Assembly (NCBI GenBank): GCA_964603945.1
Contig: CAZRWP010000003.1
Coordinates: forward strand, 6,830-70,829
Source of the DNA: an uncultured Pseudomonadales bacterium
Lineage (GTDB): Bacteria; Patescibacteriota; Microgenomatia; UBA1400; UBA1396
Length of the DNA stretch: 64,000 nucleotides
Reading direction: 5' to 3'
The notes under the pieces are model-generated. The model saw only the letters and a list, made by a program, of their open reading frames with translations, had not been told where the DNA came from and made no database searches. This document shows, piece after piece, positions 30,126 through 39,333 of this stretch. A program made the translations under genes and the position numbers. Each line of letters begins with the position of its first letter. The stretch's first letter is position 1.

Positions 30126-30379
30126 ACGGAAACGGCCTCTTACCCGATTTGAATTTATTTTCTCCCGCCGGCGCCAGCTCAATCCTGGAAATGTTTTTAA
30201 AAGTGCTATTTATATCCGCCTTTTTTATTTTCATGGTTTTTTCTTTTATGGTGATACGCCAGACAGTTTTGATGGAAAAAACTTATAAAACAACCCTGGG
30301 ACCGATGATAAAACTATTTGCCGTTGCTTATTTTTTAGTGTCGGTTGGAATATTTGCCTTAGTCATCATTATTTTGTAA
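30122..30379 (+). CDS. Small two-TM membrane protein, translationally coupled (4-nt overlap, GTG start)
   Basis: 85 aa with two hydrophobic helices; overlap ATGTGA with the upstream gene. Confidence 0.35.
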   Translation: MNGNGLLPDLNLFSPAGASSILEMFLKVLFISAFFIFMVFSFMVIRQTVLMEKTYKTTLGPMIKLFAVAYFLVSVGIFALVIIIL

Positions 30380-30398
30380 TGGTTCACAAAAAATTGCT

Positions 30399-32414
30399 AT
30401 GATAGAAGACATGCCCATGCAGATGGCTTCGGCCGTCGGTATACCGTCGAAAACCTCTTGGTCGACGACCGCCCTGCGTCGATCCGCTGGCGGTGTGATT
30501 TATGTGGCGGCTGGCTTCTCTGGCGACGAACAAACACCTGGCCAGGGTCGGGAGTTTGTCCACTGGCTGGAAGACCGGAATTTTGAAAGTCCAGCTCAAC
30601 TTTATCAATTAGTTCGTAATTATTGGCAAGAGGTGAGTGGCAGTACGGCCGCCTCAATCGCTTTAGTTTTTCAGCAGGACACTCACATTACTGTAATGAG
30701 TTTTGGCTTTGCCATGATTGGCTTGCTGCGCGGTGAAGAAAGTCGCTGGTTAATCGACGGGCAGGGTGAGGAACAGGTGCTGGAGGGTAGTCTGCAGTCT
30801 GGCGACAGATTGTTGTTGGCTACCGCTCGGGCGCGCGATATTTCTCCAAGCTTAGAAATTTGGCAGAATGCTACCGCTGACGATATCGCCAGCGATTTGT
30901 TTGGCCGGATAAGTTCACATCCAAATTCTGGCGAGTTAGCTTACAACGTGCTGGAGTGGAGGGATCAGTCGCCAGTTCACTCAGCTAATGTTGAAGAAGA
31001 TGCAGGTGATTATTCCGATTTAGATAAAAATTCCCCTGCTGATGAAGCTCAATTTGAGATAAACCAGGGACAGGCGGGAAATGAAAAGTATTTGGATGAT
31101 CAGTCAGGTGTGAGCGGCCAAGATCTTGAAGAAAAAGGGCAGACAGCGCCAGGTGCTAGTCACACGTTTACTGCCGATTCACGCCCATCAGTGCCAAAGA
31201 GTCCGGTTGGATCTTCTCACTTAATTGCCCCCGAAAAAATAGCGGCGGGTATTGTGGCTACTCAGCAGGAACAAGTGCAGAAGGTAGAAAAGCAAAGGCT
31301 GAGCGATCGCTGGGTGGGAATTATTGCTCGATTGCAAAGTTTGAGCTGGCTCCGTCTGGTGGTCGCGATTGTTTTAATTGGCGGTGTGGTTGGCGGCGTA
31401 ATGATTTGGCGCGAGTTAAACATTCGTCAGGAAAATCGCGACGTAATTGTGCCGCTAGAGCAGGAAGTGGAGGCACTACAAACAATTCCGGAAGAGCAAC
31501 GGTTAGAACAGCGCGACAGCGCTAAGTCGCTGTTGGAGCGTTTGCAGGCTACGCGCGTAAATTCACGTTCCAATCGCACTCGTTTAATCGAATTGACAAC
31601 ACAGGTAGAGCAAATTTATCAAACCGTTTCTGGTGAGCGAGACGTGGTAAATCTGCCGATTTTTTACGATTTTAGGCTGGTGGTGGCCAACTTCCTGGCA
31701 ACCAAGGCCGATCGATTTGAAGATCAAGCGGTGTTTTTGGATGCCAATGAAAAGAAGTTAATAAATCTTAATTTACAGTCAAAAAATAACCGCACAGTTT
31801 CTCAGGAAGCTTTAGCAGACAGTCGCGATATTGTGGCTGACGCCTTACGGGCAGTTGTTTTAAAGCAGGAAACGGTTGAGGAAATGCCTTATAGCGGTGA
31901 TGCGCCAACCGTTATTTCAAATTTAAGTGATATGACTGAACCGGCTCTATTGGATGAATTTGGCACAAATTTATATGTTTTAGACAAGGGCAGGCAACAA
32001 CTTTGGCGGATAAATCAGGAAAATGAATCTGCTAGTCCTTCGGCTTGGATTAGATCGGCGCCTGGCGTGGATTTTGCCTCGACTACGAGTTTGAGCATCG
32101 ATGGCGACATCTGGCTGGGAACAAATCAGGGCAACATTTATCGATTAAGACGCGGCGAGCGCTTGGAATTTTTAGTTGAAGGTTTGTTGGAGCCATTCAC
32201 CTCAACCTTGTTGCTAGCTACTACCGAAGATGGAAATAAATTAGCCGTAGTTGAGCCGGCACAAAACCGCCTGGTTGTGTTAAGTAAAGACGGCGTATAC
32301 CAATTACAGATGAAGTCCGAACAAATTGGCGGCGTGACCGACATATTTTTAAGCCAAGATGAGCGTTATGCCTACCTGGTGGCAGGTAGTGTGGTTTACC
32401 AAGTTGAGATTTAG
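30399..32414 (+). CDS. Hypothetical bitopic membrane protein (cytoplasmic ~300-aa N-domain, one TM, ~330-aa extracytoplasmic C-domain)
   Basis: TM LRLVVAIVLIGGVVGGVMIW at ~aa 320; no recognised motifs. Confidence 0.5.
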   Translation: MIEDMPMQMASAVGIPSKTSWSTTALRRSAGGVIYVAAGFSGDEQTPGQGREFVHWLEDRNFESPAQLYQLVRNYWQEVSGSTAASIALVFQQDTHITVMSFGFAMIGLLRGEESRWLIDGQGEEQVLEGSLQSGDRLLLATARARDISPSLEIWQNATADDIASDLFGRISSHPNSGELAYNVLEWRDQSPVHSANVEEDAGDYSDLDKNSPADEAQFEINQGQAGNEKYLDDQSGVSGQDLEEKGQTAPGASHTFTADSRPSVPKSPVGSSHLIAPEKIAAGIVATQQEQVQKVEKQRLSDRWVGIIARLQSLSWLRLVVAIVLIGGVVGGVMIWRELNIRQENRDVIVPLEQEVEALQTIPEEQRLEQRDSAKSLLERLQATRVNSRSNRTRLIELTTQVEQIYQTVSGERDVVNLPIFYDFRLVVANFLATKADRFEDQAVFLDANEKKLINLNLQSKNNRTVSQEALADSRDIVADALRAVVLKQETVEEMPYSGDAPTVISNLSDMTEPALLDEFGTNLYVLDKGRQQLWRINQENESASPSAWIRSAPGVDFASTTSLSIDGDIWLGTNQGNIYRLRRGERLEFLVEGLLEPFTSTLLLATTEDGNKLAVVEPAQNRLVVLSKDGVYQLQMKSEQIGGVTDIFLSQDERYAYLVAGSVVYQVEI

Positions 32415-32573
32415 TTTTTAGGGATCTATAGTCTGAAAATTTTTGTCGCTTTTCTGATTTGTTCTGATATTATTCTGCCGAATAATTAATGTTTTTTCGG
32501 CAACTTTTATCATCTCTAGAAAATCAAGGGTTGATTCTATGACTAATGTTATTTAAGGTATAGAACTATTGCT

Positions 32574-33113
32574 ATGAGTAACGAGCGAAATACAGAAATA
32601 CCACCGCTTCTTCATCGATTGCAAACCGAATCAAATGAAGTCGGAGATAAAGATTTAGGGAGTCCTTCTGGCGAAGATCAGCTGGAAATGTTGTTGGATG
32701 AGCTAAGTGCCATGGCTAATCCGCTTGGAAATTTAGCCCAGCCAGATTTGAGCCCAAAACAACAGGTGGCAGTAAGCGGATTTTATGATGAAGTGGATAA
32801 AAAAGAGCTGGAGGTAATGGAAAATATTAAAAGGGCAATTAGTACAGCCGCCGATCTGGATGAGTTGTTTAGGAATCTAAAACCTCTTAAACGTCATCTC
32901 AAAACTTTGATTGAAAATAATGAAAACAGCAATGACAGACAGCATGAAATTGTGGTTGAGACAGTTATTGGGCCGTTACTGGCTAATGAAAAATTAAAAC
33001 CTTGGCACCGCAAAGTTATTTCAGCACTGGCTAATACTGATCTGTTAAGTCAATTAAATACAAGGTTTTTAGATAGTGGTCGTCTAGATGATTACTTGTC
33101 TAATCAATCTTGA
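32574..33113 (+). CDS. hypothetical protein
   Basis: 179-aa ORF; no motif recognised. Confidence 0.35.
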   Translation: MSNERNTEIPPLLHRLQTESNEVGDKDLGSPSGEDQLEMLLDELSAMANPLGNLAQPDLSPKQQVAVSGFYDEVDKKELEVMENIKRAISTAADLDELFRNLKPLKRHLKTLIENNENSNDRQHEIVVETVIGPLLANEKLKPWHRKVISALANTDLLSQLNTRFLDSGRLDDYLSNQS

Positions 33114-35578
33114 GTTGTATTTTTGTCTTCAAATCCCGATTGCCCAACTGATCTAGCTTGCCACTGACTGGCTTCATACATTTGTTCAACCGAGACAACA
33201 TATCTTTCTGGGGTTGCTGGTGCTTGAGCCTGCTCGCCTTCAGGCGGATTTTCTTCTCCCTCTTGAGGTGTGCTGACACGCTGGCAGTCATAACAATAGT
33301 CGCGTGTAAATGGGTCGGTTAGCAAAACGTGCTCTTCGAGTTTTAATTTGTCGGTGGGGTCGCCTTCACGGGCGGGCAATCCGGTTTGTTCAGCAATCCA
33401 AGTTTGATGCCAGACATTTTCAGGGGCATCTGGTTGAGTGCCTTGCCAAAAGTAATCGGTGGTCATTTCGCAGGCCGGTCCAGCCGGATTGGGCAGGGCG
33501 CCAGAGCGGCGGCAGAATGAAGCTTGGACAACTTGTTCCGGCTGGGCCGGCCACTCACTTGGTTCTCCTTCATGATAATTCTCCAAAAGATAACTCATAA
33601 TGCCGTTCCAAATTGGGGCGGCTCCGGTGATTCCAGAAACTAAGTAAGGGTTCATAGCAGTGTTATTGTTGTTGCCCACCCAAGTAGCCACGACATAATC
33701 TGGATTGTAACCTATAGTCCAGTTATCGCGCAGGTCATTGGTGGTGCCGGTTTTGGCGGCGACTTTATAGCCAGGCAAGTAGAGGTTGGAGCGGGAGCCA
33801 AAAGCTGAGGAGCGAGCTTGGTTGTCAGTCAGAATATCATTCATGAGCCAGGCTACTTCGCGGTCCAAGACTCGTTTGATGTTGTCGGGGTCATTACTAG
33901 CGGCCGCCGCAAAATCTGGCTGAGGTCGGTCGGTGGCGTCGCCGTCTGGAGTTAAAAATAGCTGTTTTTCTACTTCCTGACGACGCTGGTCGGGGTCAAT
34001 TTCATACAAAACATTGCCTTTATAATCTTCAACTCTTAAAAGGGAGGTGAGCGGGACCTTGACACCCTCATTAGCCATAACGCCATAGGCGGTAGCCATT
34101 TCGGTCATGGGAATTTCGGCGGCGCCCAGGCCAAGTGAAACACCATAGTTTTCAGCGGTTCTAAAAGTGGTAATGCCCATGGCTGAGCCAACTTCAATTA
34201 AGCCGGGCACAGTATTAATGGCTGTAACTTTCACAGCTGGCAAATTATATGAATTAGCTAGTGCTTGGCGCATGGTGACTGGCCCATGATAACTGCCGTC
34301 ATAGTTGCGGGGACAATATGTGCTACTTCCGGCGGCTTCAAAACAAGTAGGAATATCTAACAGCATTGATCCAGGCGTGAGCTTGCGCAATTGAAAGGCG
34401 GTGGCCAGATTAATTGGCTTCATGGATGAACCAGGCTGGCGCGGGCGTACGGTCATGTTGATTTTACCTTCTGAGGTGGCGTTGAAATAATCGCGGGAAC
34501 CTACCATCGCTAAAATTTCGCCGGTACCTGGCCGAGTCACTAACGCTGAGCCATTGCTTATTTTGTGGCGCTCTAAATTATCAATTTCAGCTGACACTGT
34601 GGCCTGAACAACTTCCTGTAAATCTAAGTCCAAAGTGGTTGTAACGCGCAAGCCGCCGCGCTCCACAACAGCTTGTCCATACTCTTCAATCAGCTGGTCG
34701 CGGACGTAAAACACAAAGTGTGGCGCCTTGATATCAATTCGGGGCTGAGCAAAATTAAGCTCCTCTAGCTTAGCCGCCTCTGCTTCCTCTTTTGTTATGA
34801 ATTTTTCCTTGGCCATACGGTCTAAAACGGTAGCTTGGCGCGCCTTACCCATTTCTGGAGAACTGCCAAAAGGTGAGTAGCGAGTTGGTGATTGGGGCAG
34901 TCCGGCTAGATAAGCCGCTTCGGCCAGGGTTAGATCTTTAGCTGATTTATCAAAGTAAGTTTGGGCCGCCGCCTCGATTCCCCAGGCGGTGCCGCCATAA
35001 GGAACGTAGTTTAAATACATCTCTAAAATATCGTCTTTGGAATAGCGGATTTCGGTGAAGGTGGTTAAAACCGCTTCTTTAATTTTTCGCTCAAAAGTTC
35101 GCTCACGTGTTAATAAAGAAACTTTAACTAATTGCTGGGTAATGGTTGAGCCACCTTGCAGGCTTTCACCGCGAAGATTATTGTAAAAAGCACGCAAAAT
35201 ACCAACATAATCCAAGCCAAGGTGACGATAAAAATTTTGATCTTCAATGGCAATTGTCGCCTGAACTAGATAGGGAGGTAGACTTTCCAACTCAACCGGC
35301 GTGCGGTTAGTATCAGCAAAAATCTCATACAAAAGCTTGTTATTACGGTCAAAAATTTGGGTGCTGACAGCAAAGCCTTCATTAGTTTCCAGTTTGTTAA
35401 CTGACGGCAAGTCCTTAATAAAAGTAATAGTCACAACCAATAATCCAATTAAAGTTGAGATCGCAACCAAACCCAAAGTTTTTACCAGCATTGATTGGTG
35501 GTTCCACTGAGTTAAGAAATACCGGCCAGCCTTTCTCGGCTGACGGATTGAGCGATTGAGTTGTTTCCACCACTTCAT
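33104..35578 (-). CDS. Class A penicillin-binding protein (PBP1A-type transglycosylase/transpeptidase)
   Basis: N-terminal TM anchor; GT51 motif region QATIAIEDQNFYRHLGLD; SxxK transpeptidase SSMKP; C-terminal low-complexity tail. Confidence 0.85.
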   Translation of the reverse strand: MKWWKQLNRSIRQPRKAGRYFLTQWNHQSMLVKTLGLVAISTLIGLLVVTITFIKDLPSVNKLETNEGFAVSTQIFDRNNKLLYEIFADTNRTPVELESLPPYLVQATIAIEDQNFYRHLGLDYVGILRAFYNNLRGESLQGGSTITQQLVKVSLLTRERTFERKIKEAVLTTFTEIRYSKDDILEMYLNYVPYGGTAWGIEAAAQTYFDKSAKDLTLAEAAYLAGLPQSPTRYSPFGSSPEMGKARQATVLDRMAKEKFITKEEAEAAKLEELNFAQPRIDIKAPHFVFYVRDQLIEEYGQAVVERGGLRVTTTLDLDLQEVVQATVSAEIDNLERHKISNGSALVTRPGTGEILAMVGSRDYFNATSEGKINMTVRPRQPGSSMKPINLATAFQLRKLTPGSMLLDIPTCFEAAGSSTYCPRNYDGSYHGPVTMRQALANSYNLPAVKVTAINTVPGLIEVGSAMGITTFRTAENYGVSLGLGAAEIPMTEMATAYGVMANEGVKVPLTSLLRVEDYKGNVLYEIDPDQRRQEVEKQLFLTPDGDATDRPQPDFAAAASNDPDNIKRVLDREVAWLMNDILTDNQARSSAFGSRSNLYLPGYKVAAKTGTTNDLRDNWTIGYNPDYVVATWVGNNNNTAMNPYLVSGITGAAPIWNGIMSYLLENYHEGEPSEWPAQPEQVVQASFCRRSGALPNPAGPACEMTTDYFWQGTQPDAPENVWHQTWIAEQTGLPAREGDPTDKLKLEEHVLLTDPFTRDYCYDCQRVSTPQEGEENPPEGEQAQAPATPERYVVSVEQMYEASQWQARSVGQSGFEDKNTTQD

Positions 35579-35772
35579 AGTTTAATTTGATTTATTATAC
35601 TCGGGTGTTGATATTATCATTGTTTGCTTTTGATTTTTGTAAGGGAGCATTTTAGCGATACAAAAACATTTTTTAACAATAACCATTTGGCTACAGAATA
35701 AGGTGTCTCAACTCCTGATAAGTGATAGCCGGTCTTTAACCTTTGGTAAAAAAACGTTAGGCTGTATTAGTC

Positions 35773-36330
35773 ATGCAATACAAAACTCCCTTTGCTCTTA
35801 CGCCTGCCCTGCGACGTTTTTTGGAACCGGAATTAGTCGATCATATTCAGGACAGTTTGACTTTAGTTCATCAGATGGAGGAGCCGGATCACTATAGTAC
35901 GTATTACGATTACGCCTTTATGGTTTTTCCAATTGCCAAAGCGTATGAAGGGTTTTTAAAACAATATTTTGTTAAATTGGGCGTGATAGATCAAGACAGC
36001 TACCGCGATCGTCATTTTAGAGTGGGGCGCAGTTTTAATCCCGACTTGCCCAATCGCCTTAAAGATAATGTTTGGATTTATGATGATGTCCGTGCGTTTT
36101 GCGGAGAAAAAACCACCAGATCTTTATGGAATATGTGGGTGGATGGGCGAAATCACACTTTTCATTACTTTTCTGACAACCGCAACCGGCTTAATTATGC
36201 CCAAGCCAAGCGTTTAGTTGAGCGATTTTTAGAATCAATGGAGTTAGCTATGGTTTGTCATTTGCAGAGATCTGCCCCTAAAGCAAAGCAGAGCTTAAGT
36301 ACAAAGGCGGAAGTTCAAACTTCGGCATAA
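35773..36330 (+). CDS. hypothetical protein
   Basis: 185-aa ORF. Confidence 0.35.
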   Translation: MQYKTPFALTPALRRFLEPELVDHIQDSLTLVHQMEEPDHYSTYYDYAFMVFPIAKAYEGFLKQYFVKLGVIDQDSYRDRHFRVGRSFNPDLPNRLKDNVWIYDDVRAFCGEKTTRSLWNMWVDGRNHTFHYFSDNRNRLNYAQAKRLVERFLESMELAMVCHLQRSAPKAKQSLSTKAEVQTSA

Positions 36331-36455
36331 TGGCTTTGCAATCTAAAAAACTTCTTAATTCAAGACTAATTTTTACTTAAGACTAACTAATTCTTCCCTC
36401 AACTTTAGCTGACATAATAGGTGACATAGTCGAGAGAATACTTTACAATCCATTC

Positions 36456-37157
36456 ATGCAAAGCCCAAGCGCCCGCGATTCCCAAACTCCAATTAATACT
36501 GATCAAAATTCGCTAATTCGCAACATCACTATATCTGGCCTGCCAGGCAGTGGTTCGACCACCTTACTTCAGGAGTTAAAGAATAAATTGCAATTTCATG
36601 GTTGGCGGGGATTTTCCGGTGGGGAATTTATGCGTTCCTACGCTGAAGAAAATGGATTTATTGATCCAGCCACAGGCAAGCTCCATCACGATGCTACTGT
36701 TTATGGTGAAGATTTTGACCGCCAAGTTGACTATGGCATGCGTGAGCGTTTGGAAAGTGAATCGGGCTGGATTCTGGAGTCCTGGCTTTCCGGATTTTTA
36801 GCGCAAAATGTTCCAGGTGTATTAAAAATCCTACTGGTTTGCTCCGATGACGCTGTGCGGATTGACCGGATCGTCAATCGCGACGAGGTAAGTGTGGAGG
36901 AGGCCAAACATCACTTATTAGACAGAGCAAATAAAAACTTAACCAAATGGAGCGCCATGTACGCCAAGGAGTGGCAGGACTGGGTGGTGGCAGTTGGCAA
37001 AGCCAAATCGGATGAAGAAATTGATTTCTATAAACCAGAGCTCTACGATATAGTAGTAGATACCTACTCTACGAACAAAAATGACACCCTAGAGATAGTA
37101 CTCAAAGCCATTTATGCCTCGCGACCAGAGCTCCAGCCGCCGCCTACATCAGCTTAA
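36456..37157 (+). CDS. P-loop nucleoside/nucleotide kinase-like protein (cytidylate kinase-like family)
   Basis: Walker A ISGLPGSGSTT near the N-terminus; ~230 aa. Confidence 0.45.
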   Translation: MQSPSARDSQTPINTDQNSLIRNITISGLPGSGSTTLLQELKNKLQFHGWRGFSGGEFMRSYAEENGFIDPATGKLHHDATVYGEDFDRQVDYGMRERLESESGWILESWLSGFLAQNVPGVLKILLVCSDDAVRIDRIVNRDEVSVEEAKHHLLDRANKNLTKWSAMYAKEWQDWVVAVGKAKSDEEIDFYKPELYDIVVDTYSTNKNDTLEIVLKAIYASRPELQPPPTSA

Positions 37158-37284
37158 AACTAAGCATGGTGATGGTACAGCGCGTCAAAAAAAGTCGCTG
37201 GCGGCTGTAAGTTCGCTGGCTCCACCAGGCGGGAAAAAGTCCAAAAAGCTTTCAGCGCAAACTTTTTCAACTACTTTTGATACC

Positions 37285-37956
37285 ATGACGCCGTCTGGCC
37301 ACCGACAAGTTTTTGGTCAATTGTATTCTTTCTTTTTCTTCATGCTGACGCTTTTATTAGTCTGGGTAGGTTACCGATCCTTTTTTCAGGGCTTGCCGGT
37401 TTGGTTCGACGAAGGCGTCGCTAAAGCCTTAATTTTTGGCGTGCCGGTAGTGTGGTTCGCTAGCCAGTCGCGGTTTATTGCCAATGAACTTGGCTTGAAT
37501 GAAGATCAGTTCTTGCCTGGAATGTTTTTGGGCATCGCGGTGGGCGGGCTTTATGGCTTTGCCGGCTTGTTGATTCAAGTAGCCGCTGGCCAGGAGGTGG
37601 TTGAAGGCGCGCTATTTGCCAGTACCGGTTTTTGGTGGTTGGCCTTCCTGGCTTTGCTAACAGCCTGGTGGGAGTCGCTATTTTTCTTTGGACTGCCGAT
37701 TCAGTATGTGCGCAGTATTGCACCTTGGTTTTCTGAAACCTTGCTGGCGGTGTTTGTAATTGGCATCTTTTTACTCTTCCACGCGCCATTGCGAGTGCTG
37801 GTAACTGGCATTCAGCCGCAGTTTTTAATTCAGATGGGATTACTGGCATTATTTGCGGTGGGACAATTCATTTTCTATATGAGAACTAAGAATATGTATG
37901 CTCTGATTCTGTCCCATATGCTGTGGGGATTGGTAATCGAGATCTACGCAGTGTAA
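37285..37956 (+). CDS. CPBP-family (CAAX protease-like) intramembrane protein (tentative)
   Basis: Start at the internal Met (MTPSGH...) to avoid a 44-nt overlap; multiple TM helices; the WESLFFFG...FHAP motifs resemble CPBP EExxxR/FxxxH motifs. Confidence 0.4.
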   Translation: MTPSGHRQVFGQLYSFFFFMLTLLLVWVGYRSFFQGLPVWFDEGVAKALIFGVPVVWFASQSRFIANELGLNEDQFLPGMFLGIAVGGLYGFAGLLIQVAAGQEVVEGALFASTGFWWLAFLALLTAWWESLFFFGLPIQYVRSIAPWFSETLLAVFVIGIFLLFHAPLRVLVTGIQPQFLIQMGLLALFAVGQFIFYMRTKNMYALILSHMLWGLVIEIYAV

Positions 37957-37975
37957 GATATCAACTTCGCTGTTT

Positions 37976-38503
37976 ATGAAATGGCCTTGGAAAATAAGTC
38001 TTGTTTTGCTGGTGCTCGGCTTGATTGTGGTGTTTTTCTCTTTGCAATCACTGCAGAGCAAGGCGGTGGCGCAGGAGTTAGCGATGAGTGATCGGCCAGA
38101 ACACAAAGATTATTTGTTGGAACATATGTTTGATACTCAGATGCCTGGTTCCTTGTCTTATCAGGTTGAGCGGGGCACAGAAAAGCTGAAGCTCATGTCT
38201 GAGTCCGGTGAAAACCGCACTAACGAGCAGTTGGCTAGGGCAAAACACCGCCTGGAGGCTAGTCAGTATGCCTGGCAGCACGATCACACTTCTGAGGCGA
38301 TCCAGACCCTAAACAAGGCCTTTATTTATCTTTCCCATACTACCGAATCAGCTAATCATTTGGCTCAAAAAACTGAGTTAGCTGATGAAATGGTCAAGAC
38401 CATAGACGAGTGGACTCAATCAGGTGCGTCTGATTCGGAAAAATGTTTACTGAATGAGTTGTCCGCACAATTGCAGGCAGTGCGTCAGCACTATCATTTT
38501 TAG
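37976..38503 (+). CDS. N-terminally membrane-anchored hypothetical protein
   Basis: Signal/TM MKWPWKISLVLLVLGLIVVFFSL. Confidence 0.4.
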   Translation: MKWPWKISLVLLVLGLIVVFFSLQSLQSKAVAQELAMSDRPEHKDYLLEHMFDTQMPGSLSYQVERGTEKLKLMSESGENRTNEQLARAKHRLEASQYAWQHDHTSEAIQTLNKAFIYLSHTTESANHLAQKTELADEMVKTIDEWTQSGASDSEKCLLNELSAQLQAVRQHYHF

Positions 38504-38570
38504 AGGCTTTCCAGCCAGTCAATTGTTTTCCCAAATCACTAATTTTTTACTTATTCTCTTTTGACGAGAG

Positions 38571-38656
38571 AAGGATCATCCTTGCCGTTAGTTTCCTCAA
38601 GAAGGATCATCCTAGGATGATCCTTCCAGGCAAGCGGATGGGCAAGGATGATCCTT
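38571..38656. repeat. Family A palindromic intergenic repeat element, copy 3
   Basis: Same three conserved modules as copy 1; lies upstream of nrdR. Confidence 0.9.
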
Positions 38657-38835
38657 CGTCTTTTAAACTTTCTTCCTTCTCCTTCTCCAACAAACCTCTT
38701 ACCAAACATCCCCTTTACAACCCCCCTCCATAGTGTTTTACTGATTCTCCGACCGCTACCAGTAGCGTTTTGGACCTTAACAATAAGATTGATGGATGCA
38801 CCCAAAGATCCGTCGAAAATGAACACATAAAGTCT

Positions 38836-39333
38836 ATGCAATGTCCATATTGTGGCAAACAACAAAGCTCAGTTTTAGAGAGCCGATTAGCCGAAGATAA
38901 CCGTGCTATTCGCCGGCGTCGTGTTTGTGAATTCTGCGAGAAACGTTTTACCACTTATGAGCGTGTTGAGGGTGTCGATTTGGTCGTCACTAAGAAAAAT
39001 GGCGTTAGTGAATCTTTTGACCGTGAAAAAATCCGCAAGGGAATCGTTAAAGCCACCTGGAAGCGACCGATCGCCATGTCAGATATTGATGAATTAATTG
39101 ATGACGTGGAGCGCCGCTTGCGACAGCGCAAAAACACTAAGGTAAAAAGCTGGGAAATCGGCAATTTGGTCATGAATCGCCTGCGCAAGCTGGATGCAGT
39201 GGCCTATCTGTTATTTGCTTCGGTTTATAAAGATTTCCAGTCATTTGAGGATTTTGAAGAAGAAATCAGTCGTCTCCGCACCGGGAGCGACCAGGACTCT
39301 AATTCACCAGAAATAGGAAAGGGTACGGCATGA
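38836..39333 (+). CDS. nrdR: Transcriptional repressor NrdR
   Basis: MQCPYCGKQQSSVLESR...CEFCEKRFTTYE zinc ribbon plus ATP-cone; start at the internal Met of the longer ORF-track entry. Confidence 0.85.
   Translation: MQCPYCGKQQSSVLESRLAEDNRAIRRRRVCEFCEKRFTTYERVEGVDLVVTKKNGVSESFDREKIRKGIVKATWKRPIAMSDIDELIDDVERRLRQRKNTKVKSWEIGNLVMNRLRKLDAVAYLLFASVYKDFQSFEDFEEEISRLRTGSDQDSNSPEIGKGTA

Noticed and set aside
38551-38865. 104-aa minus-strand ORF and the 60416–60640 + ORF, both containing the peptide ...LAWKDHPRMILLEE...
   Set aside because: Both are read-throughs of Family A repeat copies (the shared peptide is simply the translated repeat). The second also overlaps the 3' end of the glycosyltransferase gene. 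They are artefacts of repeated DNA, not paralogous genes.
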